A stretch of 64,000 bases of DNA from Paramoeba atlantica (GCA_977017575.1 CDRNVI010000140.1:372001-436000), one strand, 5' to 3'. Numbered from the stretch's first letter, positions 32,045-43,965 are shown. Notes: generated from the letters alone by a model not told the origin. Numbers and translations are program-made.

Positions 32045-35000
32045 ATGGCACATACAGCACATACTGATCCAGAGAGAATGAAGGAGCGTTATGATGATGA
32101 AGTGGTACCGAATTTTTTTTAACAAAAAACCAAAAGAGAAAAAAACTTCTAAACACACAAAAAAAAACCTTCTTCTCTTTCAGAAACTATCCAAAAAGTT
32201 AGACAAACTTGCATCACTTGTCAAATCATCCAAACACATGGTAATTTTCACAGGAGCCGGGATTTCTACAGACGCTGGGATCCCAGATTTTCGAGGTCCT
32301 GATGGTGTTTGGACTTTGAGAGCGCAAGGAAAACAAAGAAAGGGCAGAACTGTTGATACTTTGTGTGCGATTCCTACTGCTACTCATATGTAATGAGTTT
32401 TTCTTTTTTTCTTTTTTCTTTTTTTTTTTTTTGGTTTGTTGTGGGGATGTGGTGCTTGTTTTGAACTTTAGATCGCTGTGGAGCTGGATGGGACAAAGAA
32501 GAAATATTATTTATTAGATTTTTTTTTTCTAAATTCATGATTTATTTTAGGTCGATTGTCTCACTTCAAAGGGCTGGAGTTTGTAAATATTTGATTTCAC
32601 AAAACTGCGATGGTCTTCATCGTCGTTCGGGAATTCTTCCTCATCAGGTTTTGTTTTCTCTTTTTTTGTAGAGAAAGAGAACCATTTTTTGAAAGAAGAT
32701 CGAATAAAAATCAAAGTTCATTCTAAAAAATGAAAGGATCTTTCACTAATCTCCAAAAAAACCAAACACAAAAAAACCAAAACACAAAAAAAAACCAAAA
32801 CAAAAAAAAAAAAACCAAAACACAGATCAGTGAATTGCATGGAAATGGAAACATCGAATATTGCGAGGATTGTGGATATGAGTATCTTCGTGATTACCAT
32901 TGTTATCGTTTGGTTCGTGGTTCTCGTGATCATTATACTGGTCGTCATTGTGTTGTTCCTCGTCCTGATGGGGTATTCTTTTTTTCTTTTTCTTTTTCTT
33001 TTTCTTTTTCTTTTTCTTTTTTTTTTTTCTTTTCTTTTCTTTTAACATGCTCAAAATGAACTTTTTGTTTTTCTTTATGACTTTATGACTTTATATCTCA
33101 TATCTTTTTCTCTCCCTTTCAGAAAACATGTAATGGTCGATTGTTAAACTCAACAATCGATTTTGGACAAAATTTACCTGAACGACCTCTTGATTTAGCT
33201 TATGAAAACTCTCAGAAAGCTGATCTTCATATTGTTCTTGGCAGTTCTTTAACAGGTTAGTTTTTTTTTTTCCTCTCCTTTTCCTTTTTCTTTCCCTTTT
33301 TCTTTTCCTTTTTCTTTTTCTTTTAGTTGGCATTTTTTTTTTTGGAATTCTTGTTTTATTCACAATTTCGATTTGCAGTTTCTCCTGCTTGTGATATGCC
33401 AAGGACTACTGCTCGAACTCAAGGAAAATTGGTTATTTGTAACTTACAAACAACTCCTTTGGAAGATGATTGTTATCTTCATTTGTATGCTCGTTGTGAT
33501 ATTGTGATGAAGGGGTTGATGGAGAGACTGGGATTGATTATTCCTCCTTTTACTTTGAATCGAACGATTTCGATGGCTATCTCTCATAAAAAAAGGTTTT
33601 TTTTTCTTTTTTTTTAGTTTTTTCTGTGTTTCTTTTTTCATTCTTCATTTACACTTTTATGAAATAGGGATGAAGTTCAAGTAACTCTCAAAGGAATCGA
33701 GAGAGGAACAAAAGGGCAACAAATCCCAGCCTCCATTTTACAAAAAGTGGAAATGGTTGTCCCAGTTCCAGGGCAACAAAACAAAAGAGAAGGATTCGTG
33801 AAAACTTCAGACCCTGCTATTTTCAGTCTTCCTTCAAAAGGTGTAAAGGAAGCGAAATTTCGTTTTTATTTTATGGGACATTATTGTGAACCAACGATCG
33901 ATTTGAAAGTCAATTTAGAGAAAGATGTTTCGACATATTTTTGGCTTTCTTTGAATCCAAAAGAAGGAAAATGGAATGTTCCTTCAATTTTGAGTGATTC
34001 TGAATCTTCTTCTCAAAATACTCGAAAGATTTTGACCACTTTTCAGAGAGGATTGGAGTGTTCGCAAGGTGCAAAACCGAGGAAGGAAGAGAGGAAAGAA
34101 GAAGAAGAGGATGGTGTTATTTTTCCGGTGAAGAATGAGGATATTTTTGGGGAAGAATGTTACAAGGAATCAGAATTTGGTTCTCTTTTTGGGGTTCCTG
34201 TTCCTCGAGTGTCTCCAGTTTTCACTTCTTCTTCCTCTTCTCCTTCCTCTTCCTCTTCCTCTTCTTCTTCTTCTTCCTCTTCCTCTTCCTCTTCCTCTTC
34301 CTCTTCTTCTGCTCGAGCGAGGGCGAGTTGCCACTCGTTGGGAAAAGCGGGTGGTGAATTGAATATTTTTGAACCAAACCGCGTTTGTTGTTTTGATCTT
34401 CTGTCTTGTCTTTGGAGTTCTCATGGTAATTAATTGGATATTTTTTAATTTTTTTTTAAAAATCTTTTTGTGTTTTTCTTTTCTTTTTTTTCTTGATAAT
34501 CTCTCTAACCAAATTCAGAATAGAACTCGGAAAATCCATTGCAGAACACCCAACCTCTTTCGCATTCCCAAACGATCTCAGTGGTTCAATCTACCTCTTT
34601 GGAGGAATCCAAGAAAACAAAATGACAAATACCCTCCAACATTACGATCCCATGTCGAAGAAATTATCTCGTGTTGCAGTGACAGGGGATATTCCTTCTC
34701 CACGAATTGGACATTCTTGTACTCCAATTAATGACAAATTGATGGTTTTGTTTGGGGGTTTGGGTGTTGATGATCGTGGGGGTTCTTATCTTTTGAATGA
34801 TTTGTATTGTTTTAATAAGGAGAAGTTTCTTTGGAAGAAGATTTCGCTCCAAACCAGTGGTTTTTTCTCTCTCTCTCTCTCTCTTTTCGTTGTTTTATTT
34901 CTTCTTTAACTAACGAATCATATTTTCAAAAAGGAATTGCCCCTTCACCTCGGACCCAACATGGTGCCTTCAAAGTTGATCACAGAACCTTGTGTATTAT

Positions 35001-35505
35001 TGGAGGTTACAATGGAGAGAAATGGCTTTCTGATGTTCGTCTTTTTGATCTTACTGACATGAAATGGCGAGATGACTCCCAACCTGATTTCTCTCCTCCC
35101 TGTTCTCCCTGTTCTCTTACCTTTCCTTCTTCTTCTTCTCTGGTTGATGTTCTTTTGCCTGAACAAGAAAGAGGATATATGTTTGTATTGAAGCCGAAAG
35201 TATGTGGAGAGGGAGGTTATGGAAAGGGGAGTGTTCACAATGCTCCTCATCTTGTTATGGTTGAGAAAATGAAAAAAGAAAGTGGGGAAGAAGAAGAAGA
35301 AGAAGGAGAGAAGAAGAAGAAAGGGAGCAGTGTTGTTTGGGGTTTGAATTTGAAGGAATGGTCTTGGATTAAGTTGGGGGATGTTGAGGGTCTTTCTTTG
35401 ATTCGAGAGTGTGTTGGAGTTGGAGAGAGTAGTTTTGCTTTGGTTGGAGGTGAAGATGAGATTTGTTTGTTGGAGTTACAGATTCAGATTTCTCGAGAAA
35501 AATAA
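32045..35505 (+). CDS. Class IV (SIRT6/7-like) NAD-dependent deacylase with C-terminal Kelch repeats; multi-exon
   Basis: [67 protein letters not shown]. Downstream: [29 protein letters not shown] and [22 protein letters not shown] (Kelch). Confidence 0.85.
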
Positions 35506-35864
35506 AATTATCTTTTTCTTCATTTGTTCAAAAGGATTTTTCTGGCTGAAGCCTTCCAAAAAGTTAAAAAAGAAAGAAACAAAGAAATTTTGATAAGAAT
35601 AACTTATTCATTAAAATTCCACAAATCAACAACGTATCATTTTGTTTCACAAAAGAAAAGAGAATTCAAAAAAAAATAAAGAAGCAGACATTCTTTTTTC
35701 TCTCTCTCTCCCAAAAAAGAGATCGAGAAAGAACACCACACGAAAATACTGTTTTTTGGTCCGCGCACCTCCCCTCCCCTCCCCAAAAGAAAAACAAAAC
35801 GAAAAGAAAAAGAAAAACTCTCCTCCTCCTCCTCCCCCCCCTTTCTCCCAACAACGATATAAAA

Positions 35865-36752
35865 TTATCCTTGTGTCAACGCTTGTTTTCCAGCATAAGA
35901 AGGAACATGTTTCGGAACATTCATCATACTTGTCCCTTGTTGAATAAGATGGTATCGAGATTGGTCGGTCGGTTTTTGCCAAGTTGATTTGCAATATTCA
36001 TTACAAGTATGTTCAGCAAAAAATGTAGAAATTCCTTTGGGCCCCAAATCAGTTACCCCAAAACGTCCTTGTTGTCGAGAAAGAATAACAGGATCAGTTA
36101 AAACAACTCCATTTGAATAAATACCCCCTTGTAAATCACAAAGAACAAGTTGACCACCACTGACATGGAAAGAAAAGTGGCTGAGAGCTTGCATAACTCG
36201 AGGCCAAGGAGTACTTTCATCCGCCCAACCAGTATTTGAATTGAACTTTTGATAATTTCCAATGTACGGTTCGAGTAATGTCAATGAATGCGCTCGGTCT
36301 CTGGAACTCTCTGGAGTGAATTGCCAAACTTCTGGGATGTTTAATCGAATTGGCTTATTCACAAATTGACTACGATTCCATTGTTCGATAATTCCAAGAG
36401 CTTCTCTCATCGCTTTGATGTCCACATCGTAAAAAGTCGATTCGTAGACAAATCCAGATTTAAACCATTTACACACACAACCTTCCCCTCGCCTTGATCC
36501 CTCTGTGTACATTCCTTTTGCGACATAACGAAACCCACCTTCAGCAAAAGGATTTCGAAGACTCTCACTTGAAAAATTGGCTCTTGTGGCATCATTTTTT
36601 CTTTCGGTTGGTCCATGATCTCTTTTCATCGAGCGTTGATTTTGATCCACACACGAAATGCAAGTCGAATTTTCCACAGATTTGCCCCACTGAGCTCGAG
36701 AGAAAGAGGTCGAGTCTAAGAACCGGGAACAAGCAGCACACCTTCTCTTCAT
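35865..36752 (-). CDS. Alpha-kinase (eEF2K/MHCK family) with N-terminal C2-C2 zinc finger; intronless
   Basis: PFAEGGFRYVAKG, VCKWFK, LEPYIGNYQKFNSNTGW, QALSHFSFHVSGGQLVLCDLQG, LTDP and GVTDLG..GI..FF..HTCNEYC; N-terminal CAAC..FSRAQW..CISC. Confidence 0.9.
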   Translation of the reverse strand: MKRRCAACSRFLDSTSFSRAQWGKSVENSTCISCVDQNQRSMKRDHGPTERKNDATRANFSSESLRNPFAEGGFRYVAKGMYTEGSRRGEGCVCKWFKSGFVYESTFYDVDIKAMREALGIIEQWNRSQFVNKPIRLNIPEVWQFTPESSRDRAHSLTLLEPYIGNYQKFNSNTGWADESTPWPRVMQALSHFSFHVSGGQLVLCDLQGGIYSNGVVLTDPVILSRQQGRFGVTDLGPKGISTFFAEHTCNEYCKSTWQKPTDQSRYHLIQQGTSMMNVPKHVPSYAGKQALTQG

Positions 36753-37011
36753 ATTGGAGCGGAGAACCAAAGAAGAAAAAAGGGGGAAGAAGAAGACGAA
36801 GGTGGTTGGTTGGTTGGTTGGGGGAGGTTTGTTGTTGTGAGCGAACGCAAAACAAAAAAGTGAAAAAAAAAAGGGCGTTTTTTGAAAAACGCTAAAAAAG
36901 AAGTCCGTTTGACATCCACGCTAAAAAAAAAGCCGCGCTAAAAAAAAGCCGCTCCCTCTTGCTTTGTTTTTGTGCTTGTTTGGAACAAAATTTTTTGTGC
37001 TTGAAAACTGG

Positions 37012-37378
37012 AGCCAAGTGAAAGAGGAAAACAATGACCGGCGAACTTTTGTGCCACTTGATATTGTGCGCGCCTCTCTGAGCGTCTTTGTAAAGAGTGA
37101 CATCGATATATCCTGGCTGTGCAGGGACAAAAGCTGTGCTACATTGAGTCAAGACACACTCCCATCAAACGGAAAGTCGGGGTTTTTTTCGAACATAACA
37201 CCAGAAGAAGGAATTTGAGAACAATTCAAATCGTTGGGAGGAGTTGCGGTTGAAACCAATATAGTCGCCACTGCAGTCTTCATTCAGGTAGAAAAATAAT
37301 TCATCAGGGGTCTTGCTGAGAAAGAGAGATAAAGGCGAGAGCTCCCAAAAGGAAACCAAGAAAAAGGTGCCATTGGAT
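37012..37378 (-). pseudogene. Decayed copy A of the secreted Cys-rich family
   Basis: Homologous to 37728-38303 but with ATG changed to ATC, several small deletions causing frameshifts, and the 3' third missing. The upstream flank (37380-37480) matches that of copy B (38310-38410). Confidence 0.85.
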
Positions 37379-37727
37379 TGTTGTGATTGTTGTTGGGTTT
37401 GAGTGACGACGAGAAAAGAATACTTTGGTTCCTCGGAAAGAACGGGAAACGCGCGGATTTTGGATGCGTTCCACCCAAAAATCTGCAGATAATTTTTGTT
37501 CACAGAAAATTCCTGAGAATTCACCAATGAAAGGGTTGTTGTTGTTGATTGAACACAAAAAACAAAGAAGGGGCGTTTATTTGAGCGTCTTTTTCTCTGA
37601 TTTCCTCTTTCTTTGTTTTTGCAATTGTTTTTTTGAGGGTTGAAGTGAAATTTCATTTTGAGAAACCAATTCAAAGAAAAATTTTACATGATTTTCTTTC
37701 TTAATCGTTTTTGGTTTCCCAAATATT

Positions 37728-38303
37728 TTATTCTTTGACACAGCCAGTCACAGAGGCATATCCGAGCCCTTCAATTTTTTCACAAATAAGAGGTTCAACA
37801 GACCACTCATACTGCAACGCACAATATTTGCAGGTTTTGTTGCACACAATATTCAGAGCCACGCTCGTGTTTGTCGAACCACAAGACAGAGACCAATAAA
37901 CACCATAACCAAGTGAAAGAGGAAAACAATGACTGGCGAACTTTTGTGCCACTTGATATTCTGCGCGCCTCTCTGAGCACTGAGCGTCTTTGTAAAGAGT
38001 GACATCGATATATCCTGGCTGTGCAGGGACAAAAGCTGTGCTACATTGAGTCAAGACACTCCCATCAAACGGAAAGTTGGGGTTTTGGTTTTCGGAACAG
38101 ACACCAGAAGAAGGAATTTGAGAGCAATTCACTGAGTCCAAATCGTTGTAAGGAGTCGCAGTAAAACCAATATAGTCGCCACTGCAGTCTTCATTCAGAT
38201 AGACATACTCATAGTAAAACAATTCATCAGCAGGGGCTTGCTGAGAAAGAGAGATAAAGGCAAGAACTCCCAAAAGGAAACCAAGAAAAAGGTGCGATTG
38301 CAT
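37728..38303 (-). CDS. Secreted cysteine-rich protein of unknown family, copy B; intronless
   Basis: 191 aa; signal MQSHLFLGFLLGVLAFISLS; about 12 Cys; paralogue conserved at 38982-39542. Confidence 0.8.
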   Translation of the reverse strand: MQSHLFLGFLLGVLAFISLSQQAPADELFYYEYVYLNEDCSGDYIGFTATPYNDLDSVNCSQIPSSGVCSENQNPNFPFDGSVLTQCSTAFVPAQPGYIDVTLYKDAQCSERRAEYQVAQKFASHCFPLSLGYGVYWSLSCGSTNTSVALNIVCNKTCKYCALQYEWSVEPLICEKIEGLGYASVTGCVKE

Positions 38304-38981
38304 TGTTGTGATTGTTGTTGGGTTTGAGTGACGACGAGAAAAGAATAATTTGGTTCCTCGGAAAGAACGGGAAACGCGGATTTTGGATGCGTTCCACCCA
38401 AAAAAACGCGGATATGTTCACAGAATATTCCTTTGACAAACAATGCACTTTTCTGAATCTTACAAATTTTTCCGAGAAAATTCTCCTTCGCCGATCTCAT
38501 TCTCTTTTTTTCTTTTTTCCCATTTCATTTGGTTTCGAGGAAGGATATTCAATGAGAATGTGGAACCTGATGTTGTACTTGCTGACGTATAAAATTGGAA
38601 TGAAATCTGTGTTCACGTTCCATGAAACTCGAGCTGTGTGCAAGGGTGTTGGAAGAAAAGATGCAATGAAAAATAGTGAACACAAAAAAGAGCAACGCTT
38701 TAAAAAAAATGACGTCCTTTTGACATCCGTGCTAAAAAAAAGCAGCGCTCCCTCTTGCTTTGTTTGTGATTGTTTGGAACTTTTTTTTGGCCGTGAAGAG
38801 AGAAATTTCAGAAACAAATTCTTTTTCCTCAATTTTCCTTCAATTGTTCCCCCCTATCAAGTGTCTCTTTTTGTCATATGTCCGACTGGCAAAATGGCTC
38901 CATTCTTCCTCCAACTCTCTCTTGGAAGAAAAATTTTACAAGACTTTCTGTCTCTTTTCATTGTTTGGTTTGCCAAATATT

Positions 38982-39542
38982 TTATTCTTTGACACAGCCA
39001 GTTGCAGAGGCATATCCGAACCCTTCAATTTCTTGACAAACATTAGGTTCGTCAAACTTGAAACGTTTCGCACAAACTTTGCAGTGATTATCGCACAAAA
39101 CATGAAGAACCGCGCTCGTGTTTGTCTTACCACAAGACACATAGCCATAAACGCCAATGAAGGGGCTGTAACAAATATCGGCGAACTTTTGCACCACTTG
39201 GACTTCTGCGAGACCCTCTGAGCACTGAGCGTCTTTGTAAAAAGCGACATCGACAAATCCTGGCTGCGCAGGGACAAAAGCTGTGCTACATTGAGTCAAG
39301 ACACTCCCATCAAACGGAAAGTTGGGGTTTTGATTTTTGGAACAGACACCAGAAGAAGGAATTTGAGAGCAATTCACTGGGTACGAATCGTTGTAAGGAG
39401 TCGCGGTGAAACCAATATAGTCGCCACTGCAGTCTTCATTCAGGTAGACGTACTCATAGTAAAATAATTCAGGGGCTTGCTGAGAAAGAGAGATAAAGGC
39501 AAGAACTCCCAAAAGGAAACCAAGAAAAAGGTGCGATTGCAT
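38982..39542 (-). CDS. Secreted cysteine-rich protein of unknown family, copy C; intronless
   Basis: 186 aa; N-terminal half nearly identical to copy B, C-terminal half divergent with Cys positions kept. Confidence 0.8.
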   Translation of the reverse strand: MQSHLFLGFLLGVLAFISLSQQAPELFYYEYVYLNEDCSGDYIGFTATPYNDSYPVNCSQIPSSGVCSKNQNPNFPFDGSVLTQCSTAFVPAQPGFVDVAFYKDAQCSEGLAEVQVVQKFADICYSPFIGVYGYVSCGKTNTSAVLHVLCDNHCKVCAKRFKFDEPNVCQEIEGFGYASATGCVKE

Positions 39543-39851
39543 TGTTGTGATTGTTGTTGTTGTTGGGGAGTGACGCTGAAAAAGAAAATTTGCTCACCCG
39601 GAAAATTCCAAATCAAATCAAATAAAGGAAAAAATTGGTTCAAATTAAATTCCTTTTTTGTGCAAAACAAGTTTTGTTTATTTGTCGGAGTTTTGGGGCT
39701 CTTTGAGATGGTTCGCTCTTCCCTTTTCTTCTTTGAGTTACTTTGTTGGTATTATTTGGGAGAATCTGAATATCTTGAACTTGGTTGGTAACGATGTTTC
39801 AATTGAGAATCAATTTTCTTTTCTTTTTTTCTTCTTTCTTGGAAAAAAAAT

Positions 39852-42248
39852 TCATTGGATAAACAGACTTGCTTGAAACTCTTTCTCCTGAATAAGTTCT
39901 TGAATCTCCTTTGAAGGTTGAGTTAAACTTTCGAGAGTGACACCATAAATCTCTCCAGTAAATATATAAAGATGAGGATAGTTTCCAACCGGAGAACCAC
40001 AATCCCTTCCAACATCAAAAGTCTCTCCACTCATCGAGAAGACCACTGGGATGGTGTGGTTTTTGTGAACAAACCCAACAGGTTTTTGATCGATCGAAAC
40101 GACAGCATCTCCTCCTTTTCCCATCCCCCCCTCATACACAAAATCGACAGAGATAGTATGTCTTCCTTCTTCAATTGGTTTTTCTGAAGTTGCGATATAA
40201 TGTTCATGTCCGACCCAATTATAATGATACACAACATACCGATTCTTATTGATATAGAGAGACCATCCTGCCATTACACCTCCTTGACAGACAATCACAC
40301 CCTCACATCCACCCTCTGGGATTCCGACATCAGCCTTAATCGAAAAAGAACAATTCTTCAAATTTACAACACTCTTTTCGGGCATCCGGTAGTGCTCTTT
40401 AGTATATGTCATCTTTCGAATCGATCCGAGTGCAGAAAGGACTCTTAGAATTGGGACACGGCGACGATCAGGACCGTTATGTAAAGGATAAATTTTGTTT
40501 CGATGGGCTTCAACTTCGAAAATTTCAAGTAATTGAGCGAGTTTCTCTGGGAGCTCCTTGGCGAGATCTTTTCCTTGAGAGAAATCATCACGTACATTGT
40601 ACAATTCCCATTTTTCTTGAGGACCATCAAAAGGTAGTACCAAGGCAGAGCTCCGAATCCACGGAGGTCGTCCATGAAAGCAACTTGCAATCCATCCATC
40701 GTGGAAAATCGCTCGATTCCCAAGCATTTCAAAGTATTGAGTGAGGTGAGTTTCTTTTGCTAATTCACTTGCAAAGGAGGGGATCATCGATACGCCATTC
40801 AGTTCTTGTTGGGGGATTCCATTGACATGGCTTGGGGGAGAGATTCCAGCTGCTTCAAGGATCGTTGGGAAAATGTCAACAACGTGATGAAATTGTGTGC
40901 GGAGACCTCCTTTATCAAGGATGTGTTTTGGCCATTGAACAGCAAGAGCATTACGGGTTCCTCCAAAATGCGATGCAACCTGTTTCATCCATTGGAAGGG
41001 AGTATCAAGTGCCCACCCCCATCCTGCATTATAGTGATTCTCACATCGAGCTGACCCAAAATCTTCCATATGTTCGAGGAGCCATTCGGGATCTTCTGGC
41101 ATTGCATTTTGAAAAGAAGGGCAGCTCCAAGCTCCATGGATGGTCCCTTCAGCTGAAGCACCATTGTCCCCTGTAATATATAAAAAGAGAGTATTTTCTG
41201 TTTCCCCCATCGTATCTAAAGCGTCCAACAATTTCCCAACCTGCTCATCAGTATGAGCCATCATCCCAGCGAATACTTCCATCAGGCGAGAGGCAACTGG
41301 TTTGTATCGATCTGGATACTCTTCCCAGCTTGGTATTCCATCAGGTCTTGAAGTAAGAGTGGTTCCCTCAGGGATTACCCCTAATTCTAATTGTCTCTTG
41401 TAGATTTCCTCACGAAGAATATCCCAACCTTGGTCGAACTTTCCTTTAAATCGCTCGATGTATTCAGGCCAAACATGGTGAGGACAGTGCATTGCACCCA
41501 TCGAAAGATAACTAAAAAAGGGACGGTTTGGATTTGTTGCTCTTTGCAATTTTAACCACGAAATCATCTTTTCTGTGATATCTTCGCTCACATGATAATC
41601 ATCACGACCGAGATAAGGATTCACAGGAGTTGTTTGATCGAGCATCGGAGGTTCATAACTCGAGACTTCAGCTTGAAGAAATCCATAAAATTTTTCGAAT
41701 CCAAGCCCAACTGGCCAATGATCAAATGGCCCTGTCAATGTTTGTTCGTGGATTGGGGCGAGATGCCACTTTCCAAAAATACTTGTCGAATATCCGTACT
41801 GCTTTAAAACCTCAGCGACAGAAGCTGCTTCCTTTGGAATGATACAATCATATCCAGGGATGTTTCCTGCCACTTCTGTTATGGTTCCCATATGAACAGC
41901 ATGATGGTTCCTCCCTGTCAGTAACGAAGCTCGAGTTGGAGAACAAAGTGCGGTGGTATGAAATTGGTTGAACTTGAGTCCGTTCTGTGCAACACGATCA
42001 AGGGCTGGTGTCGGAACAGGTCCTCCAAAAGTGCTGGCGGTCCCAAATCCAACATCATCTAATAATACAATAACGATATTCGGAGATTGTTGGGTCGGAA
42101 ACCCTGGGGAAAAGGGCTCTTTGGGGAAGACCGTTGAATTGAGTCGTGATCCAATTTCACCTGAATATGCTGGGGTTGGTTTTGGGATCGATGGGCCGGT
42201 TGGTTTCCAATATGATGGATCGAAACAATCACTTTCGGAAGCAGCCAT
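39852..42248 (-). CDS. Bacterial-type arylsulfatase (Cys/formylglycine type); intronless
   Basis: PNIVIVLLDDVGFG, TPALD, TALCSPTRASLLTGRNHH, GKWHL, GFEKFYGF, DNGAS, HFGGTRN, HVVDIFPTILE, QYFEMLGNRAI, WELYN..DFSQ, plus a C-terminal beta-sandwich extension; no signal peptide. Confidence 0.93.
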   Translation of the reverse strand: MAASESDCFDPSYWKPTGPSIPKPTPAYSGEIGSRLNSTVFPKEPFSPGFPTQQSPNIVIVLLDDVGFGTASTFGGPVPTPALDRVAQNGLKFNQFHTTALCSPTRASLLTGRNHHAVHMGTITEVAGNIPGYDCIIPKEAASVAEVLKQYGYSTSIFGKWHLAPIHEQTLTGPFDHWPVGLGFEKFYGFLQAEVSSYEPPMLDQTTPVNPYLGRDDYHVSEDITEKMISWLKLQRATNPNRPFFSYLSMGAMHCPHHVWPEYIERFKGKFDQGWDILREEIYKRQLELGVIPEGTTLTSRPDGIPSWEEYPDRYKPVASRLMEVFAGMMAHTDEQVGKLLDALDTMGETENTLFLYITGDNGASAEGTIHGAWSCPSFQNAMPEDPEWLLEHMEDFGSARCENHYNAGWGWALDTPFQWMKQVASHFGGTRNALAVQWPKHILDKGGLRTQFHHVVDIFPTILEAAGISPPSHVNGIPQQELNGVSMIPSFASELAKETHLTQYFEMLGNRAIFHDGWIASCFHGRPPWIRSSALVLPFDGPQEKWELYNVRDDFSQGKDLAKELPEKLAQLLEIFEVEAHRNKIYPLHNGPDRRRVPILRVLSALGSIRKMTYTKEHYRMPEKSVVNLKNCSFSIKADVGIPEGGCEGVIVCQGGVMAGWSLYINKNRYVVYHYNWVGHEHYIATSEKPIEEGRHTISVDFVYEGGMGKGGDAVVSIDQKPVGFVHKNHTIPVVFSMSGETFDVGRDCGSPVGNYPHLYIFTGEIYGVTLESLTQPSKEIQELIQEKEFQASLFIQ

Positions 42249-42480
42249 CGTGGAGAGAGGTTACCACTCCAAAAGAGAAAAACAAGATCCAGAAGAAGAG
42301 AAAAACAAAAACCAGAAAAGAGAGGCAAATCGGAAAAAACGGAAAAAACCAAAATTCCAACTTATTTTTACTTTAAAAGGAATCTTTACTTTAAATAGAA
42401 ATATTTTGGTTTTTTGTCGAATTTCTTCGAAATCGTTCAACAGTCGCGAGAAGTGAAGAGAAAGAGAAAGAGAGAAGATA

Positions 42481-43965
42481 ATGATTCGTCGAGGGTTTTC
42501 TCTCTCGCTCTCTCCTTCTATTCAGAATTCATTCTCAAAGAATGGGTTTCTTTTTTTTTTCTTTCTTCCTCTCTTTTTCTTTTTGTTTATTTTTTTTCTG
42601 CAGTTTCCGAAGCAAACAATTTCTCAACTCTTCTCTCTTTTCTTCTTCTTCTCCCTCTTCTTCTCTCCTTTCTTCTCACCACCTTCGCTCTTCTTCCTTC
42701 ATGCAACAAAGATTTTCTTCCCAATTAACCAGAAATATTGCGATTATTGCACATGTCGATCATGGAAAAAGTTTGTCTTTCACATCTCTCTCTCTTCTCC
42801 TTTCCTTTCCTTTTCTTCTCTTATTCTGAAAATGATTTCTCATGATAAACTCCTGCACATTTTATTCTCATTTTAAATCAAAATTCTTTTTTCGCAGCTT
42901 CTCTTGTCGACAAACTTCTCAAATGCAGTGATGATGGTCTCCATGACGAAATAGACGACAGGTTTTTCTTTTTGATTGATTTAAATTAATTGATTTCTTT
43001 TTTTCATTTTCAAATTTTCAAAACTCTCAACTTCTTTTCTCTTTTTCTTTTGGTCAGAGTTATGGACCACAATGATCTTGAAAAAGAGAGAGGGATCACA
43101 ATTATGGCAAAAAGAACCAGTCTTTCATGGACGGATCCTGAATCTGGTGAAGAGGCAAAGGTTTTTTTTTTTAAAATTGTTTTCAAAACAATTCATTTGA
43201 ACAATTCAAATGTCGAATATTTTTTGGGATGAAACAATGGAAGAAAGAGAAATGGGACACCATTCAATTGGGACACCATTATTTTGTTTGTGGGAAGAAT
43301 AAGAAAAGAGGAAAGAAAAGGAAGAGAAGAGAAGAAGAAAGAAAAAGAGAAAAGAGAGAGAAAAAATGATATAATTGCTGGAGAAGAAAGAGAAATGAAA
43401 AGAAGAAAATGATTGATCGTAATTTTCTTTCTTTTTTCTTTTTTCTTTTCTCTCTTCCTTTTTCTTTTTCTTTCTCTTTTCTTTTCTCTTTCTCTTTTTC
43501 TTCTTTTCTTTTCTTTTTAAAAGATCAATGTACTCGATACACCCGGACATGGAGATTTTGGAGGTGAAGTTGAGAGGATTTTGAATATGGTTGATGGTGT
43601 TGTTTTGGTTGTTGATGCTTCTCATGGTCCTGGAGGTATTTTATTTTATTTTATTTTATTTTATTTTTATTTTATTTTTATTTTATTTATTTTTTATTTT
43701 TATTAAAAATATTTGATGATTTTATTCTTTCTTTAATATCTATTTATTCGATCTATTTCTTCGATTTCTCTTTCTCTCATTCCACTCTTTTTGAAATTTA
43801 ATATTTTATCAAGATTTCTAATCTTCTTTTTCTTTTTTTCCTTCTCTTTTTTTTATTAGTACAAACAAAATTTGTTCTTTCAAAAGCGCTCCAAAAGAAA
43901 TTAAAACCTCTTATTGTTTTAAATAAAATGGATCGCCCTTCTCGACAAGTTTTCTCTTTCTCTCT

